Below, piece by piece: positions 1 through 11,259 of a stretch of DNA of 64,000 nt. Within the stretch, counting starts at the first letter, position 1. Every line of letters begins with the position of its first letter. A program made the position numbers and the translations under genes. The notes beneath the pieces are model-generated. The model did no database searches and was not told where the DNA came from. It saw nothing but the letters and a program-made list of their open reading frames with translations. The stretch comes from Prochlorococcus sp. AG-355-B18 (GTDB lineage Bacteria > Cyanobacteriota > Cyanobacteriia > PCC-6307 > Cyanobiaceae), in contig QCDI01000005.1 of assembly GCA_003280965.1 (NCBI GenBank), forward strand, positions 60,131-124,130. Reading direction: 5' to 3'.

Positions 1-14
1 CGACCGCTCCCACT

Positions 15-1193
15 TTGATGAATACCTATAGTCGATTCGATATATCTTTCAAAAAAGGAAAAGGTTGTTGGCTATGGGACAAAACAGGTAAACGGTATCT
101 TGATGCAGTCGCTGGTATAGCAACTTGTAGTCTTGGACATAGCGATAGAGTTTTAAGAAGAAGGTTATCAACTCAACTAAAAAAGATTCAGCACATTTCT
201 AATCTCTACAACATTGAAGAACAAGAACAATTAAGCAGAACTTTAACGAATATGAGTTGTGCTAAAAGCGTCTTCTTCTGCAATAGTGGTGCGGAAGCAA
301 ATGAATCAGCAATTAAATTAATTAAAAAATATGGTAATACAACAAATAAAGGAAAAGAATCAATTATTCTCGCAGCAGAATCCAGCTTTCATGGAAGGAC
401 GCTTGCAGCCTTGAGTGCCACTGGACAGCCCAAATATCAAAAAGGTTTTGAACCAATGATTCAAGGGTTCAAATTTTTTAAATTTAACAATTTTGATTCG
501 GTAAAAAAATTATTTGAAGAGTGTGAAAATAATGATCAAAAAATTTCCGGCGTTTTAGTTGAACCAATACAAGGAGAAGGCGGCGTAATTCCTGGAAGTA
601 AAATATTTTTTAAAAGCTTAAGAGATATATGTGATAAATATAATTCTCTTCTCATTTTAGATGAGGTCCAAAGTGGAGTAGGTCGAACTGGGAAAATGTG
701 GGGTTATGAGAATTTAGGAATTGAACCTGATGGATTCACACTAGCTAAAGGATTAGGAGGAGGTCATGCAATTGGAGCATTATTGGTAAAAGAAAAAGCC
801 AACATTTTTTCTCCAGGAGATCATGCAAGCACTTTTGGAGGGAACCCATTCGCCTGTAAAGCTGCCCTAACTGTATTAGAAGAAATAAATAGAAGAAATA
901 TTATCAATAATGTTTATCAAAGAGGGGAACAATTAAGTGCTGGGTTTGAAGAATTGTCAAAAAAATTTCCAAATATTATTAGAGGGAAAAGAGGTTTAGG
1001 TTTAATACAAGGTCTTGTGATCAATGATGGATATGCTGATGCAAAAGAAATTACATTAAAAGCTTTTGATAAAGGATTGCTGGTAGTTCCTGCAGGAGGA
1101 AATGTTGTAAGGATTGTCCCACCATTAGTTATATCTCGAAGAGAAATTAATATTCTTTTGGAAAAGCTAAATTCAATTTTTGAAGAGTTATAG
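15..1193 (+). CDS. argD: Acetylornithine aminotransferase (true start may lie upstream of the window)
   Basis: Class III PLP aminotransferase motifs NSGAEANE, SFHGRT, EPIQGEGG, DEVQSG, AKGLGGG. Confidence 0.93.
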   Translation: MMNTYSRFDISFKKGKGCWLWDKTGKRYLDAVAGIATCSLGHSDRVLRRRLSTQLKKIQHISNLYNIEEQEQLSRTLTNMSCAKSVFFCNSGAEANESAIKLIKKYGNTTNKGKESIILAAESSFHGRTLAALSATGQPKYQKGFEPMIQGFKFFKFNNFDSVKKLFEECENNDQKISGVLVEPIQGEGGVIPGSKIFFKSLRDICDKYNSLLILDEVQSGVGRTGKMWGYENLGIEPDGFTLAKGLGGGHAIGALLVKEKANIFSPGDHASTFGGNPFACKAALTVLEEINRRNIINNVYQRGEQLSAGFEELSKKFPNIIRGKRGLGLIQGLVINDGYADAKEITLKAFDKGLLVVPAGGNVVRIVPPLVISRREINILLEKLNSIFEEL

Positions 1194-1204
1194 CAATTTA
1201 AATT

Positions 1205-2437
1205 TTGAAAAATGCAAATTTAAAAATTTTTGAATTATTATCTCCTAAATATGAAAGGGATAATATCAAGTTAGGTTTATCAAGAATTAAAAAAGCACTT
1301 CAAGAACTTGGTAATCCTTGCAAGAGTATCCCTGCAATACAGATTATTGGAACCAATGGGAAAGGATCAATCGCAGCATATTTAGAAAGTATACTTTTTG
1401 AAGCTAAAAGGAATTTCGGTGTAACGACATCTCCTCATCTTTTTGATATATGCGAGAGGATCAGAGTCAATAAAAAAAATATTAATAAAACTGATTTTGA
1501 AAAAATCTATAGATTAATAGAAAAAAAATTTTCAACATTTGAATTAACTCCTTTTGAAAAAATCATTTGTTGCGCACTAAATTTTTTTGACCATAAAAAA
1601 GTTGAATTACTCATTCTTGAAGCTGGCTTAGGGGGACGATTAGACGCGACAACAGCCCATAAATCTAGACCAATTATTGCTATTGGGAATATTGGCTTAG
1701 ACCATACAGAATTTCTTGGAGATACGATTGAAAAAATTGCCGAAGAAAAATTAGCAGTTATTGAAAAAAACTCAATTGTCATCTCATGTAATCAAAATAG
1801 TCAAGTTGAAAATTTAATAACCAAAAAAGTTAAAGAGGTAGGAGCAGAAATTATCTGGAAAGATTCAATTTCAAACAGCTATGAGCTTGGATTAAAAGGA
1901 ATTTTTCAAAAGCAAAATGCTTCAGTAGCTATTGGAGCAATTGAAGCGCTGAATAATTTAGGATTTAACATAAATGAAAAACACATATCTGAAGGTCTTA
2001 AAAACACAACTTGGAAGGGAAGGCTAGAAATAATAAATTATTTCAACAAAGAAATTCTTGTAGATTGTGCGCATAATTATCCTGCTGCCAAAGCACTCTC
2101 TTATGAGCGAAGCAATTGGGAGAATGAAGATAAAGGAATTTATTGGATTTTAGGGGTCCAAAGACAAAAAGATATTTACGCAATATTAAAAACACTTTTA
2201 AAGAAAAATGATCGCTTATTACTTGTGCCAGTTCCAAACCAACCTAGTTGGCAATTAAATGATCTCTCTCAGATTAAAGAAATTGACTTTCAAAAAACAA
2301 TTGAATTTAAAACATTTGAACTTGCCATTGAGTATTTATTTTCCCTAGAAAAATGGCCACCTAATCATCCTGTTCTAACAGGTTCTATTTTTTTAGTTGC
2401 TGAATTTATTAAATTTGCGAATAAACAGAAATATTAG
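1205..2437 (+). CDS. folC: Dihydrofolate synthase/folylpolyglutamate synthase
   Basis: GTNGKGS P-loop, TSPHL, EAGLGGRLDAT, D-AHN motifs. Confidence 0.93.
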   Translation: MKNANLKIFELLSPKYERDNIKLGLSRIKKALQELGNPCKSIPAIQIIGTNGKGSIAAYLESILFEAKRNFGVTTSPHLFDICERIRVNKKNINKTDFEKIYRLIEKKFSTFELTPFEKIICCALNFFDHKKVELLILEAGLGGRLDATTAHKSRPIIAIGNIGLDHTEFLGDTIEKIAEEKLAVIEKNSIVISCNQNSQVENLITKKVKEVGAEIIWKDSISNSYELGLKGIFQKQNASVAIGAIEALNNLGFNINEKHISEGLKNTTWKGRLEIINYFNKEILVDCAHNYPAAKALSYERSNWENEDKGIYWILGVQRQKDIYAILKTLLKKNDRLLLVPVPNQPSWQLNDLSQIKEIDFQKTIEFKTFELAIEYLFSLEKWPPNHPVLTGSIFLVAEFIKFANKQKY

Positions 2438-3786
2438 ATTTGAAATTGTTCTTTTACTTCCCAACCTTCCAATTTTCCTGGATTTAATAACCCTTTAGGA
2501 TCAAATCTTAATTTCGCTTTTACTTGATCTGCATCCACCACTCCAAGGCCTCCGCCTTCAACAGTTAAAACATGAGGATTAAAAATAAACGCACCAAGTT
2601 TCTTGCAATCTTCAATTATTTCATGTAATTCTTCTTCACCATTCCACATTAAAACAGGCAAAGCCGCTAATCGAGGTGATCCTTGTTGAGAAACTGCCTC
2701 TAAATGCCAAAGAACTTTTTTACCCCATTTTTTTCTCATAAAATTAATTAATGTTAGTTCATTATTAAGTGGCAAAAGCATCTGTAAATACGTCCAATTT
2801 TTATCCCTAGACCTCATATGAAGAGTTGTATGATTCCATACGACATCAGAAATTCCATTCACGAGCTTTTCTTCTTCCCCAAGTAGGGTATATTCAACTT
2901 TAAATTTTTTACAAATTAGCTCGATGGTTTTTATTCCTCCAAGAGTAGATTGAATTAATATCTTGTGACTTCTAGATTTACTTTTAAACCATTTTGGCAT
3001 TTGATCTACAATTTCTTCTTCAAGAATTGCTCCTAATTTCAGATTAATTGCTGCGCTAGTAAGAGTTTTCAATATTTCTATTGTTTTTTCAAATTCAATA
3101 CAGTCGATAACTAATGAGTACCACTTACGTTTGATATCAGTAGAAAGTAATAAAGAAGTAATTATTCCATTCGTCCCATAAGCATGATTTAGAGGTTCGG
3201 ATTCTTCAGCATCAAATTTTAATAATACAGGTTTTTCATTCATCGTTACTGCCTCTAAACCTATAAGATTTCCTGGATCTCTTAAAAATCCCCACCTAAT
3301 GGAACCAATACCTCCTGATCCACCTGCAATAAAACCTCCAATTGTTGCAGTTTTCCAAGTACTAGGAAGTAACCTCAATTCCCTCCCATATTTCTCTAGT
3401 TGTTTATTCAAATCTCCCATAACACAGCCAGACTGTACTTTTACAAAGCCTGTATCTGGATCAAATTCTTCTAACTTATTAAATTGGCTCATCTGCATTA
3501 CAACTCCTTTAAATAATGGGACAGCTTGTCCATAATTACCTGTACCTGAACCCCTTAAAGTAAGTGGGATAGATAATTCCCAACAAATTTCTGCTACTTC
3601 CTTTACCGCTTTGTGATCACTAGGTCTTACCACCAAATCAGCAATACATTCGTCTAATTTTTCAGTAAGGATTGGAGAGTAGTTATAAAAATCTTTTGAA
3701 AGTCTTTTGACATCGGATTTATTTTCAATGATCTCTAAGTTTTTGACTTCTCTAAATTTGTCTATAAATTTAAGTTTTGATATCAT
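2434..3786 (-). CDS. FAD-linked oxidase (GlcD/VAO family)
   Basis: RGSGTG FAD loop, ATIGGFIAGG, C-terminal DPKGLLNPGK. Confidence 0.85.
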   Translation of the reverse strand: MISKLKFIDKFREVKNLEIIENKSDVKRLSKDFYNYSPILTEKLDECIADLVVRPSDHKAVKEVAEICWELSIPLTLRGSGTGNYGQAVPLFKGVVMQMSQFNKLEEFDPDTGFVKVQSGCVMGDLNKQLEKYGRELRLLPSTWKTATIGGFIAGGSGGIGSIRWGFLRDPGNLIGLEAVTMNEKPVLLKFDAEESEPLNHAYGTNGIITSLLLSTDIKRKWYSLVIDCIEFEKTIEILKTLTSAAINLKLGAILEEEIVDQMPKWFKSKSRSHKILIQSTLGGIKTIELICKKFKVEYTLLGEEEKLVNGISDVVWNHTTLHMRSRDKNWTYLQMLLPLNNELTLINFMRKKWGKKVLWHLEAVSQQGSPRLAALPVLMWNGEEELHEIIEDCKKLGAFIFNPHVLTVEGGGLGVVDADQVKAKLRFDPKGLLNPGKLEGWEVKEQFQI

Positions 3787-3824
3787 TAATAAAAATTTTT
3801 ATGCTTTGTATATAAATTAGCCAA

Positions 3825-5060
3825 TTAGCAGTATAAATCGCCGTTTATAAAAACTTTTCTCTTTAAATTGCTCGAAAAAACATCTGCCCATCTTTGTGCA
3901 TCTAAAATCACAAAATCAGCAGGACAACCTTTTTTAATTAAACCATCCCATTTTAAATTTAATAATCTGCTTGGAGCTAAAAAAATAGGAGATAGAGTCA
4001 TTCTCTCCCAGGGATTTAGTTGAAGCATAGGCATCGAGCAAGACAACATATAAAAAGGGTCAAAATTACCAAATGGATACCAAGGGTCTTGAACGTTATC
4101 ACTACCAATAGATACATCCACATGTGATTTTTGTAATTGTTTTATTGGTGCAACTGGTCTTTTTAATGAAGTTGTTTTATTGCTTCGATTGAGCAGCCAA
4201 AAATTTGTTAGGGGTAAGGCAATAACCTTGATATTTTTCTCAGCCATTTTTTCTCCTAAATTTAAAATCTCTCCATTACTTAGAGAAATAAGACTACTCA
4301 AATGACTACAAGTGATCGGAATACTATTGATTTTTAAATTTTCGATTGTTTCTAATAAAACTTTTATTCCCGCTCCGGGTTCAATAATTGATTCATCTAT
4401 ATGCAAATCAATTTCTAATTTATATTTTTTCGCAAGAAGAAGCATCTTTGCTAGAAATTTGCTTGTATTTTTTTTATTGAAAGGGGGTACAATAACACCT
4501 CCTAATATACCTCCATTAGAGGAAAATATTTTTGCTAAATCTTCTCCATCAGTAGTACCCCAGAATTCCAATGGAGCTAGAGCAACGTATTGTAAAATCA
4601 ACTCAGATGAAAATTTTTTTTGTAATTTAAAAAGTTCAATCCAAATATCAATAGACTGACCTTCGTATGTATCAATATGACTTCTAATTGCTCGGTATCC
4701 ATTTTGTATGGCAAGTTTTAATGATTTCTCAACTCTTTTAAGAACCTTATCTGTAGTTCTAGTTTTATGTTCTTCAAGATTTACTGATAATGCTCCTCCA
4801 TAGTTTGATTCCAAATTAGGAAAATCTGCCCATGTAAAAGATTTATCAAAATGCGAATGAGTTTCAACAAATCTTGGGAGTAAAATATTTTTTGGTTTTG
4901 TAACTTTATTTTTTAAAGGCTTTAACTCAGAAACAAATCCTTCCTCCCAACCAATGGAAACTGAGCATAAATCCTCTACATCGATAATGAGGTTATCTAT
5001 TTCTTCTATTAAACAAAGGCTTCTGGGAATAAGAACCTCAGCTTTGCCGGAATTACTCAA
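3825..5060 (-). CDS. Cytosine-deaminase-like amidohydrolase; substrate uncertain
   Basis: HSHFDK metal motif, DLHIDE, SH, GSDNVQDPWYPFG as in the CodA family. Confidence 0.8.
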   Translation of the reverse strand: MSNSGKAEVLIPRSLCLIEEIDNLIIDVEDLCSVSIGWEEGFVSELKPLKNKVTKPKNILLPRFVETHSHFDKSFTWADFPNLESNYGGALSVNLEEHKTRTTDKVLKRVEKSLKLAIQNGYRAIRSHIDTYEGQSIDIWIELFKLQKKFSSELILQYVALAPLEFWGTTDGEDLAKIFSSNGGILGGVIVPPFNKKNTSKFLAKMLLLAKKYKLEIDLHIDESIIEPGAGIKVLLETIENLKINSIPITCSHLSSLISLSNGEILNLGEKMAEKNIKVIALPLTNFWLLNRSNKTTSLKRPVAPIKQLQKSHVDVSIGSDNVQDPWYPFGNFDPFYMLSCSMPMLQLNPWERMTLSPIFLAPSRLLNLKWDGLIKKGCPADFVILDAQRWADVFSSNLKRKVFINGDLYC

Positions 5061-5187
5061 ATTTTTAAATTTTCTTTTATTTTAAATCATAAGAAAACTT
5101 TACTGAATTAGAAAATAATTCAAATTTCGCTAAAAGATAAAAATAAGTATGAAAATTACCCTTTAGTTGTTAAATTTATAGATGTGA

Positions 5188-5261
5188 GGCGGGCGTCGCC
5201 AAGTGGTTAAGGCAGCGGCTTGTGGCGCCGCTATTCGGGGGTTCGAATCCCCTCGCTCGCC
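5188..5261 (+). tRNA. tRNA-His(GTG), G-1 encoded, CCA not encoded
   Basis: Acceptor GCGGGCG/CGCTCGC, anticodon stem GCGGC/GCCGC with loop TTGTGGC, T-loop GTTCGAATC, C73. Confidence 0.97.
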
Positions 5262-5333
5262 CTCAAAAATATTGCAGCAAAATTATTTAACTTGTAATTT
5301 TGAATTAAAGAATCATAAAAAATTCCTAGCAAA

Positions 5334-6728
5334 GTGCTAACAAAAACAAAATCAGACGAAAAAAAATCTCAAAAGAATTCAACTACCGGCAGTTATTGGA
5401 TCACAACATTTGGATGCCAAATGAACAAGGCTGATTCTGAGAGAATGGCTGGGACATTAGAGAGGATGGGATATACCAGAGCGGATAATGAATTAAATGC
5501 AGATTTGGTCTTGTACAATACATGCACAATTAGAGATAATGCGGAACAAAAAGTCTATAGCTTTCTAGGAAGACAAGCTAAAAGAAAGCACAAAACACCT
5601 AACTTAAAACTTGTTGTTGCAGGTTGCCTTGCTCAGCAAGAGGGAGAATCCTTATTAAGAAGAGTCCCAGAACTTGATCTGGTTATGGGGCCTCAACACG
5701 TAAATAATCTTGAGAATCTTCTGGGGAAAGTTGATTTAGGAAATCAAGTTGCTGCCACAGAAGAAACCTTCATTTCTGAAGACATAACAAGTGCCAGAAG
5801 AGAAAGCTCTATTTGTGGCTGGGTTAATATCATTTATGGATGTAATGAAAGATGTTCATATTGTGTAGTCCCTACTGTCAGAGGGAAAGAGCAATCAAGA
5901 TATCCAAATGCGATAAAAAGTGAGATCCAAAAATTAGCTGATAATAATTTTAAAGAAATTACTCTTTTGGGTCAGAACATTGATGCTTATGGTAGAGACC
6001 TTCCAGGAACTACAAAAGAGGGGAGAAAAGAGACTACTCTAACTGATCTTTTATATTATATTCATGATGTTAAAGGAATTCGCAGGATAAGATTTGCTAC
6101 TAGTCATCCAAGATATTTTTCAAAAAGGTTGATTCAAGCTTGTTATGAACTTGATAAAGTCTGTGAACATTTCCATATTCCCTTCCAAAGTGGAAATGAT
6201 GAAATCTTAAAACAAATGTCAAGAGGATACTCTATTAAAAAGTATAAAAATATTATCGAGAATATAAGGTCATTAATGCCAGATGCATCAATCACTGCTG
6301 ACGCAATAGTTGCTTTCCCAGGAGAAACTGAACAACAATATCAAGATACATTAAAACTAATATCAGAAATTGGTTTTGATCAAGTAAATACGGCAGCATA
6401 TTCTCCAAGACCAAATACGCCTGCAGCAGTTTGGACAAATCAACTTTCTGAGGTGGTAAAAAAAGCTAGATTACAAGAAATAAATGATTTAGTCGAAAAA
6501 ACTGCTAGGAGCAGAAACCAAAGATACATCAATAATATAGAAAGCGTTTTAATTGAGGGTTTCAATCCAAAAAATTCATCGCAAATTATGGGTAGAACTA
6601 GAACAAATAGATTAACTTTCGTAGAGATTCCCAAAAACATTAATTTTAATTTTTCATTGGGAGATGAAATAGATGTCAAAATAAACGAAGCAAGACCTTT
6701 TTCTTTAACAGGCGAACTTTATTTATAA
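5334..6728 (+). CDS. miaB: tRNA-i6A37 methylthiotransferase
   Basis: TFGCQMN, NTCTIR, radical [12 protein letters not shown]-terminal TRAM. Confidence 0.95.
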   Translation: MLTKTKSDEKKSQKNSTTGSYWITTFGCQMNKADSERMAGTLERMGYTRADNELNADLVLYNTCTIRDNAEQKVYSFLGRQAKRKHKTPNLKLVVAGCLAQQEGESLLRRVPELDLVMGPQHVNNLENLLGKVDLGNQVAATEETFISEDITSARRESSICGWVNIIYGCNERCSYCVVPTVRGKEQSRYPNAIKSEIQKLADNNFKEITLLGQNIDAYGRDLPGTTKEGRKETTLTDLLYYIHDVKGIRRIRFATSHPRYFSKRLIQACYELDKVCEHFHIPFQSGNDEILKQMSRGYSIKKYKNIIENIRSLMPDASITADAIVAFPGETEQQYQDTLKLISEIGFDQVNTAAYSPRPNTPAAVWTNQLSEVVKKARLQEINDLVEKTARSRNQRYINNIESVLIEGFNPKNSSQIMGRTRTNRLTFVEIPKNINFNFSLGDEIDVKINEARPFSLTGELYL

Positions 6729-6737
6729 ACTTTTTAA

Positions 6738-7805
6738 ATGATAAGGGGTAAAAAAAAATGTATTGGTTTAATATTTGGTGGGAATTCCAATGAACATGAA
6801 GTATCAATATCCTCTGCAAAAACAGTTTTTCAAGCATTTAATTCAGAAATAAACAAAGAACGCTATACAGTTAAAACCTTTTACATAAACAAATATGGAG
6901 ATTGGCTTGATAGTCATCTCTCAGAAAAGATACTAATTGGTGGAATTGAAAACAATAAAACAAATAAACAAGAAATTTTTAATCCAAAAAAAATTAATTT
7001 CCTTGACGGAATTGAATTTCAAAATGTTGATGTTTGGTTTCCTCTTTTACATGGATTTAATGGTGAAGACGGATCAATTCATGGCTTACTTAGATTTACA
7101 AATAAACCTTTAGTCGGATGTGGAATTATTGGCTCTGCACTTGGAATGGATAAAATATTGATGAAAACAATTTTCTCAAATCTTAAACTTCCACAAGTTA
7201 ATTATCTAGTTTTTCAAAATGAAGATCTCAACGATAAGCAAGTAAAAAATAAAATAATTAATGAAATTTTAAAAGAATTAAAATTTCCTGTTTTTGTTAA
7301 ACCATCGAACTCTGGATCATCTCTTGGCATCTCCAAAGTCAAAAATGAATCAGAAATATTACAAGCATTAGAAAAGGCTATGGGAATAGATCCAAGAATC
7401 TTAGTAGAGGAAGGTTTAGAGGTAAGGGAGATTGAATGCGGAATAATTGGGAATTCAAAACTCTTAACCTCTGAGATAGGCGAGGTAAATTACGAAAGTG
7501 ATTGGTATGATTACGATTCAAAATATCACTCAAATAATAAAATAATTATCCCAGCCGAAATAGATTCTAAAATCACAAAAGAAATCAAAGAAATTGCTAT
7601 TAAAAGTTGTAGAGCACTAAATATTTTTGGTTTTGCAAGGGTAGATTTCTTTTTAGAAAAATCTTCAAATAAAATTTTGCTAAATGAAATAAATACAATT
7701 CCTGGTTTTACAAAAAAAAGTATGTTTCCAATGCTTTGGGAAGCTTCAGGTTTAAAAATTGAACAACTTGTGGCTAAACTGGTAGATATATCTATAGATT
7801 TGTAA
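6738..7805 (+). CDS. ddl: D-alanine-D-alanine ligase
   Basis: FGGNSNEHEVS, LHGFNGEDG, GSSLG, NEINTIPG. Confidence 0.95.
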   Translation: MIRGKKKCIGLIFGGNSNEHEVSISSAKTVFQAFNSEINKERYTVKTFYINKYGDWLDSHLSEKILIGGIENNKTNKQEIFNPKKINFLDGIEFQNVDVWFPLLHGFNGEDGSIHGLLRFTNKPLVGCGIIGSALGMDKILMKTIFSNLKLPQVNYLVFQNEDLNDKQVKNKIINEILKELKFPVFVKPSNSGSSLGISKVKNESEILQALEKAMGIDPRILVEEGLEVREIECGIIGNSKLLTSEIGEVNYESDWYDYDSKYHSNNKIIIPAEIDSKITKEIKEIAIKSCRALNIFGFARVDFFLEKSSNKILLNEINTIPGFTKKSMFPMLWEASGLKIEQLVAKLVDISIDL

Positions 7806-7815
7806 TTTAAATCAA

Positions 7816-8226
7816 ATGTTGCATGGACTACTTTGGTTACCATTACTTTTAATCTTCGTTTTATTAACTGCACTTGGATGGTTAGAAAGAAGAAGGCAAA
7901 ATCTTTTTAGAAGTTGGGCGAGTGATTCTGAACTGTGCAAGTTAGATAGTTCAGGCGCAGCGTCTTTAAAAGATGGAAAGTTAAAGTGGAGCGCATTTGA
8001 AGCTGGTAAATTTGAAGAAAAAGATTGTTTTACAATCAAGAAACTAGAATTAGTTGAATTAATGGCACTAACTTCAGGAGAAGCTCCTTTAACAAGTGAT
8101 TCTCAAGGCAAGTGTAGGTTGAGATTAGTAGGGGATGGTAAAGAGATGGATGTACCATTTTCAGATGCAGATCAAGCAAGAGAATGGATGGACCAACTTA
8201 TGGAAAAAGCTCGATGTGATTTGTGA
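7816..8226 (+). CDS. Conserved hypothetical membrane-anchored protein in the ddl-ftsQ operon
   Basis: N-terminal TM helix; 4-nt overlap with ftsQ. Confidence 0.75.
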   Translation: MLHGLLWLPLLLIFVLLTALGWLERRRQNLFRSWASDSELCKLDSSGAASLKDGKLKWSAFEAGKFEEKDCFTIKKLELVELMALTSGEAPLTSDSQGKCRLRLVGDGKEMDVPFSDADQAREWMDQLMEKARCDL

Positions 8227-8948
8227 AAAACCTAAAAAGAATAAAAAAAAGAAGTTATTTTTTTCTAATTTCATTTTTATTTTTATTAGGCTTGGTAAGC
8301 CTTAGAACCTTAAAAAAGATTGATATTCAGGACATTAAAATATCTGGCAGTGAATTATTTTCTCAAGATGATGTAGTAAATAATTCATCTTTAAAATTTC
8401 CAATCCGGTTAATTTTTATTGAAACTAATTTTTTAGAAAAAGAGTTAAAGCAAAATTTATCGCTGAAGAATGTTTCAGTAATCAGACAAATATTCCCTTT
8501 TGGATTGAAAATTGAGGTTAATACAAGAACCCCTATAGCCTATGGCGAGAGAATAGTAAATGACGAAAAAATATTAGGATATATTGATAAAGATGGAATT
8601 TTTATAAATAAAAATAATGTAGACGAAAAAAGTTTGAGCAAACTTGTCATTCAAGTTTTTGGTTGGAAAGAAGAATTTAAAAAAATATTATCTGAAATTT
8701 TAAATGCTCAAAAGAATTATGAATACGAGTTAGTAAAAATAACTTTCTCACCAAATGGATTTCTAACTGTTGAGGAAAAAGATTTAAAAACAATATTCCT
8801 TGGATTTAATCCAAATTTAATCAACTATCAATTACTTATAATCAACAACCTAAAAAACGAATTTACGAAAAATAACTTTTCTGAAAAAATAGATAATATC
8901 GATATTACCGATCCAAATAAACCAAAAATAAAAGTGTTCAAACCCTAA
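8223..8948 (+). CDS. ftsQ: Cell division protein FtsQ (divergent)
   Basis: Basic N-terminus, single TM, POTRA-like segment; position between ddl and ftsZ. Confidence 0.8.
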   Translation: MKNLKRIKKRSYFFLISFLFLLGLVSLRTLKKIDIQDIKISGSELFSQDDVVNNSSLKFPIRLIFIETNFLEKELKQNLSLKNVSVIRQIFPFGLKIEVNTRTPIAYGERIVNDEKILGYIDKDGIFINKNNVDEKSLSKLVIQVFGWKEEFKKILSEILNAQKNYEYELVKITFSPNGFLTVEEKDLKTIFLGFNPNLINYQLLIINNLKNEFTKNNFSEKIDNIDITDPNKPKIKVFKP

Positions 8949-8983
8949 TATTTGGGAACTAATTTTAAAAAATTTTTTTTAAT

Positions 8984-9006
8984 TATTGTAGTGTTGATAA
9001 GGGTTT
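8984..9006. promoter_or_regulatory. Candidate protein-binding site (9-5-9 imperfect inverted repeat) upstream of ftsZ
   Basis: TAGTGTTGATAAGGGTTT matches the reverse complement of 19777-19794 at 15/18 positions. Confidence 0.4.
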
Positions 9007-9127
9007 AGCATTTTTATCAAAATATTTAATAAATAAATATTTTAAGGATTTTTCTCAACAAATTCATACAGATGAGCTTAGTGAGTTCATAATGCACCCA
9101 ATACTAGTAATAGATTCCTAATTAGAG

Positions 9128-10243
9128 ATGAGCTTCGGTAACAATCCAAACTTTGATCAATCGAGAGAAATCCTTCCAAGTCAAAACGCCAAAATAGAAG
9201 TTATTGGCGTAGGTGGCGGTGGAAGTAACGCAGTTAACAGAATGATAAATAGTGATTTAGATGGCGTATCATTTCGAGTTCTCAATACTGATGCACAAGC
9301 ACTTCTACAATCTGCTGCAGAGAGTAGAGTTCAACTAGGGCAAAACCTTACAAGAGGGCTGGGAGCTGGAGGAAATCCAAGTATTGGGCAAAAAGCTGCA
9401 GAAGAATCCAAAGAAGAGCTTCAACAAGCTTTAGAGGGCTCTGATTTAGTTTTTATAGCAGCTGGGATGGGCGGTGGAACAGGAACGGGAGCAGCTCCTG
9501 TAGTAGCAGAAGTCGCCAAACAAAGTGGGGCCCTAACAGTAGGTATTGTCACAAAACCATTTTCTTTTGAAGGCAAAAGAAGAATGCGTCAAGCAGAAGA
9601 GGGTATTGCAAGACTTGCAGAAAATGTAGATACTCTCATAGTCATTCCAAATGACCGATTAAAAGATGTTATTGCGGGAGCCCCCCTTCAAGAAGCATTT
9701 AGGAATGCAGATGATGTTTTAAGAATGGGAGTCAAAGGTATAAGTGACATAATTACTTGCCCAGGGTTAGTTAATGTTGACTTCGCAGATATAAGATCTG
9801 TCATGACTGAAGCGGGAACTGCTCTTCTCGGTATAGGAATTGGTTCAGGAAGATCAAGAGCATTAGAAGCGGCACAGGCAGCGATGAATAGTCCTTTACT
9901 TGAGGCAGCTAGAATTGATGGAGCTAAAGGGTGCGTTATAAATATAACTGGTGGGAAAGACATGACTTTAGAAGACATGACCTCAGCATCTGAAATTATT
10001 TATGATGTTGTTGATCAAGAAGCCAATATTATTGTTGGTGCAGTTGTTGATGAAGCAATGGAAGGAGAAATACAAGTCACTGTAATCGCTACCGGATTTG
10101 AAACAAATCAACCTTTAAAACAACAAAGAATTAAAAACAGATTGGCAAATCAACCTTTATACAATATGTCCGAAAACAAAGATTCTGGTGCTTCTATTCC
10201 TGAATTCTTAAGGTTGAGACAAAATAAAAAAGATATAGACTAA
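9128..10243 (+). CDS. ftsZ: Cell division GTPase FtsZ
   Basis: [17 protein letters not shown] tubulin signature, C-terminal IPEFLR. Confidence 0.99.
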   Translation: MSFGNNPNFDQSREILPSQNAKIEVIGVGGGGSNAVNRMINSDLDGVSFRVLNTDAQALLQSAAESRVQLGQNLTRGLGAGGNPSIGQKAAEESKEELQQALEGSDLVFIAAGMGGGTGTGAAPVVAEVAKQSGALTVGIVTKPFSFEGKRRMRQAEEGIARLAENVDTLIVIPNDRLKDVIAGAPLQEAFRNADDVLRMGVKGISDIITCPGLVNVDFADIRSVMTEAGTALLGIGIGSGRSRALEAAQAAMNSPLLEAARIDGAKGCVINITGGKDMTLEDMTSASEIIYDVVDQEANIIVGAVVDEAMEGEIQVTVIATGFETNQPLKQQRIKNRLANQPLYNMSENKDSGASIPEFLRLRQNKKDID

Positions 10244-10257
10244 AAGGTAAAATAGAG

Positions 10258-10353
10258 TGACTCGGTTATCTCGCCTGCCTCAAGCATCCCTTGTGGCTGC
10301 TACCTTCCGGTCCTGACCAGGTTTAGGCGTTAAAACCGCGAAAGGCCGAGTCA
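10258..10353 (-). ncRNA. ffs: SRP (4.5S) RNA
   Basis: Minus strand reads TCAGGACCGGAAGGTAGCAGC (helix 8 with GGAA tetraloop); terminal stem TGACTCGG/CCGAGTCA. Confidence 0.95.
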
Positions 10354-10399
10354 AGGATATACTAGCAATTCTTGATTAAAAAAGATACATAAATTTCTT

Positions 10400-11173
10400 A
10401 TGTTACCTTCAGAACTCGTTCAATATAAAAAAAAATCTCAAAAAATTATTGCATTAACTGCATGGGACTCTATATCCGGTTCTATTGCAGAACAAGCAAA
10501 TGTTGATCTTGTATTAGTAGGGGATTCATTAGCGATGGTCTGTTTAGGATACAAATCCACATTACCGTTAACTTTAGAAAACATAATTCATCATACTAAT
10601 GCTGTTTCAAGGGGTTTTAAAAAGAAAATTGAAGAACAACCTTTGGTAGTTTCCGATATGCCTTTTCTCACTTATCAATGTGGAGAGGATAAAGCTGTAG
10701 AGTATGCGGGGAAAATTATTCAAAGCACATTCGCAAAAGCTGTGAAGGTTGAAGGTGCTGAACCAGAAATACAAAAGGTAATTTCAAGATTAATAAGAAT
10801 GGGGATCCCAGTGATGGGTCATATAGGGCTTACACCACAAAGCTATCTAAATCTTGGATTAAAGAAGCAAGGCAAAAGTTTAGAAAGCCAAGAAAAAATA
10901 AAAAGAGAAGCTTCCATACTCGAAAAATTAGGATGTTTTGCAATAGTTCTTGAACATATTCCTGAGTCACTTGCTAAAGAGATTCAGAATAGCTTAACAA
11001 TACCCACAATAGGGATTGGTGCAGGTAATTATTGCGATGGGCAAGTAAGAGTGACTGCAGATTTATTAGGCCTTAATGATGATCAACCACCATTTTGCCA
11101 ACCAATCATTCAAGGAAAGAAATTACTTAAAGATAAATTAAAAGAATGGGTATCGTCAGAAAGACTAAACTAA
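10400..11173 (+). CDS. panB: 3-methyl-2-oxobutanoate hydroxymethyltransferase
   Basis: LVGDSLAM, DMPF, AVKVEG, GHIGLTPQ, IGIGAG..CDGQV. Confidence 0.96.
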   Translation: MLPSELVQYKKKSQKIIALTAWDSISGSIAEQANVDLVLVGDSLAMVCLGYKSTLPLTLENIIHHTNAVSRGFKKKIEEQPLVVSDMPFLTYQCGEDKAVEYAGKIIQSTFAKAVKVEGAEPEIQKVISRLIRMGIPVMGHIGLTPQSYLNLGLKKQGKSLESQEKIKREASILEKLGCFAIVLEHIPESLAKEIQNSLTIPTIGIGAGNYCDGQVRVTADLLGLNDDQPPFCQPIIQGKKLLKDKLKEWVSSERLN

Positions 11174-11259
11174 AAAACCCCATTTTGTCATAAAGTCTAA
11201 TTCCTTAAGAACATAGTATTTCAAAGGTTTAGAAGGGTATACATTATCTTTTAATTATT

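Noticed and set aside
5265..5287. Possible 9-5-9 motif copy after tRNA-His (AAAATATTG-CAGCA-AAATTATTT)
   Set aside because: Almost all A/T; indistinguishable from background by eye
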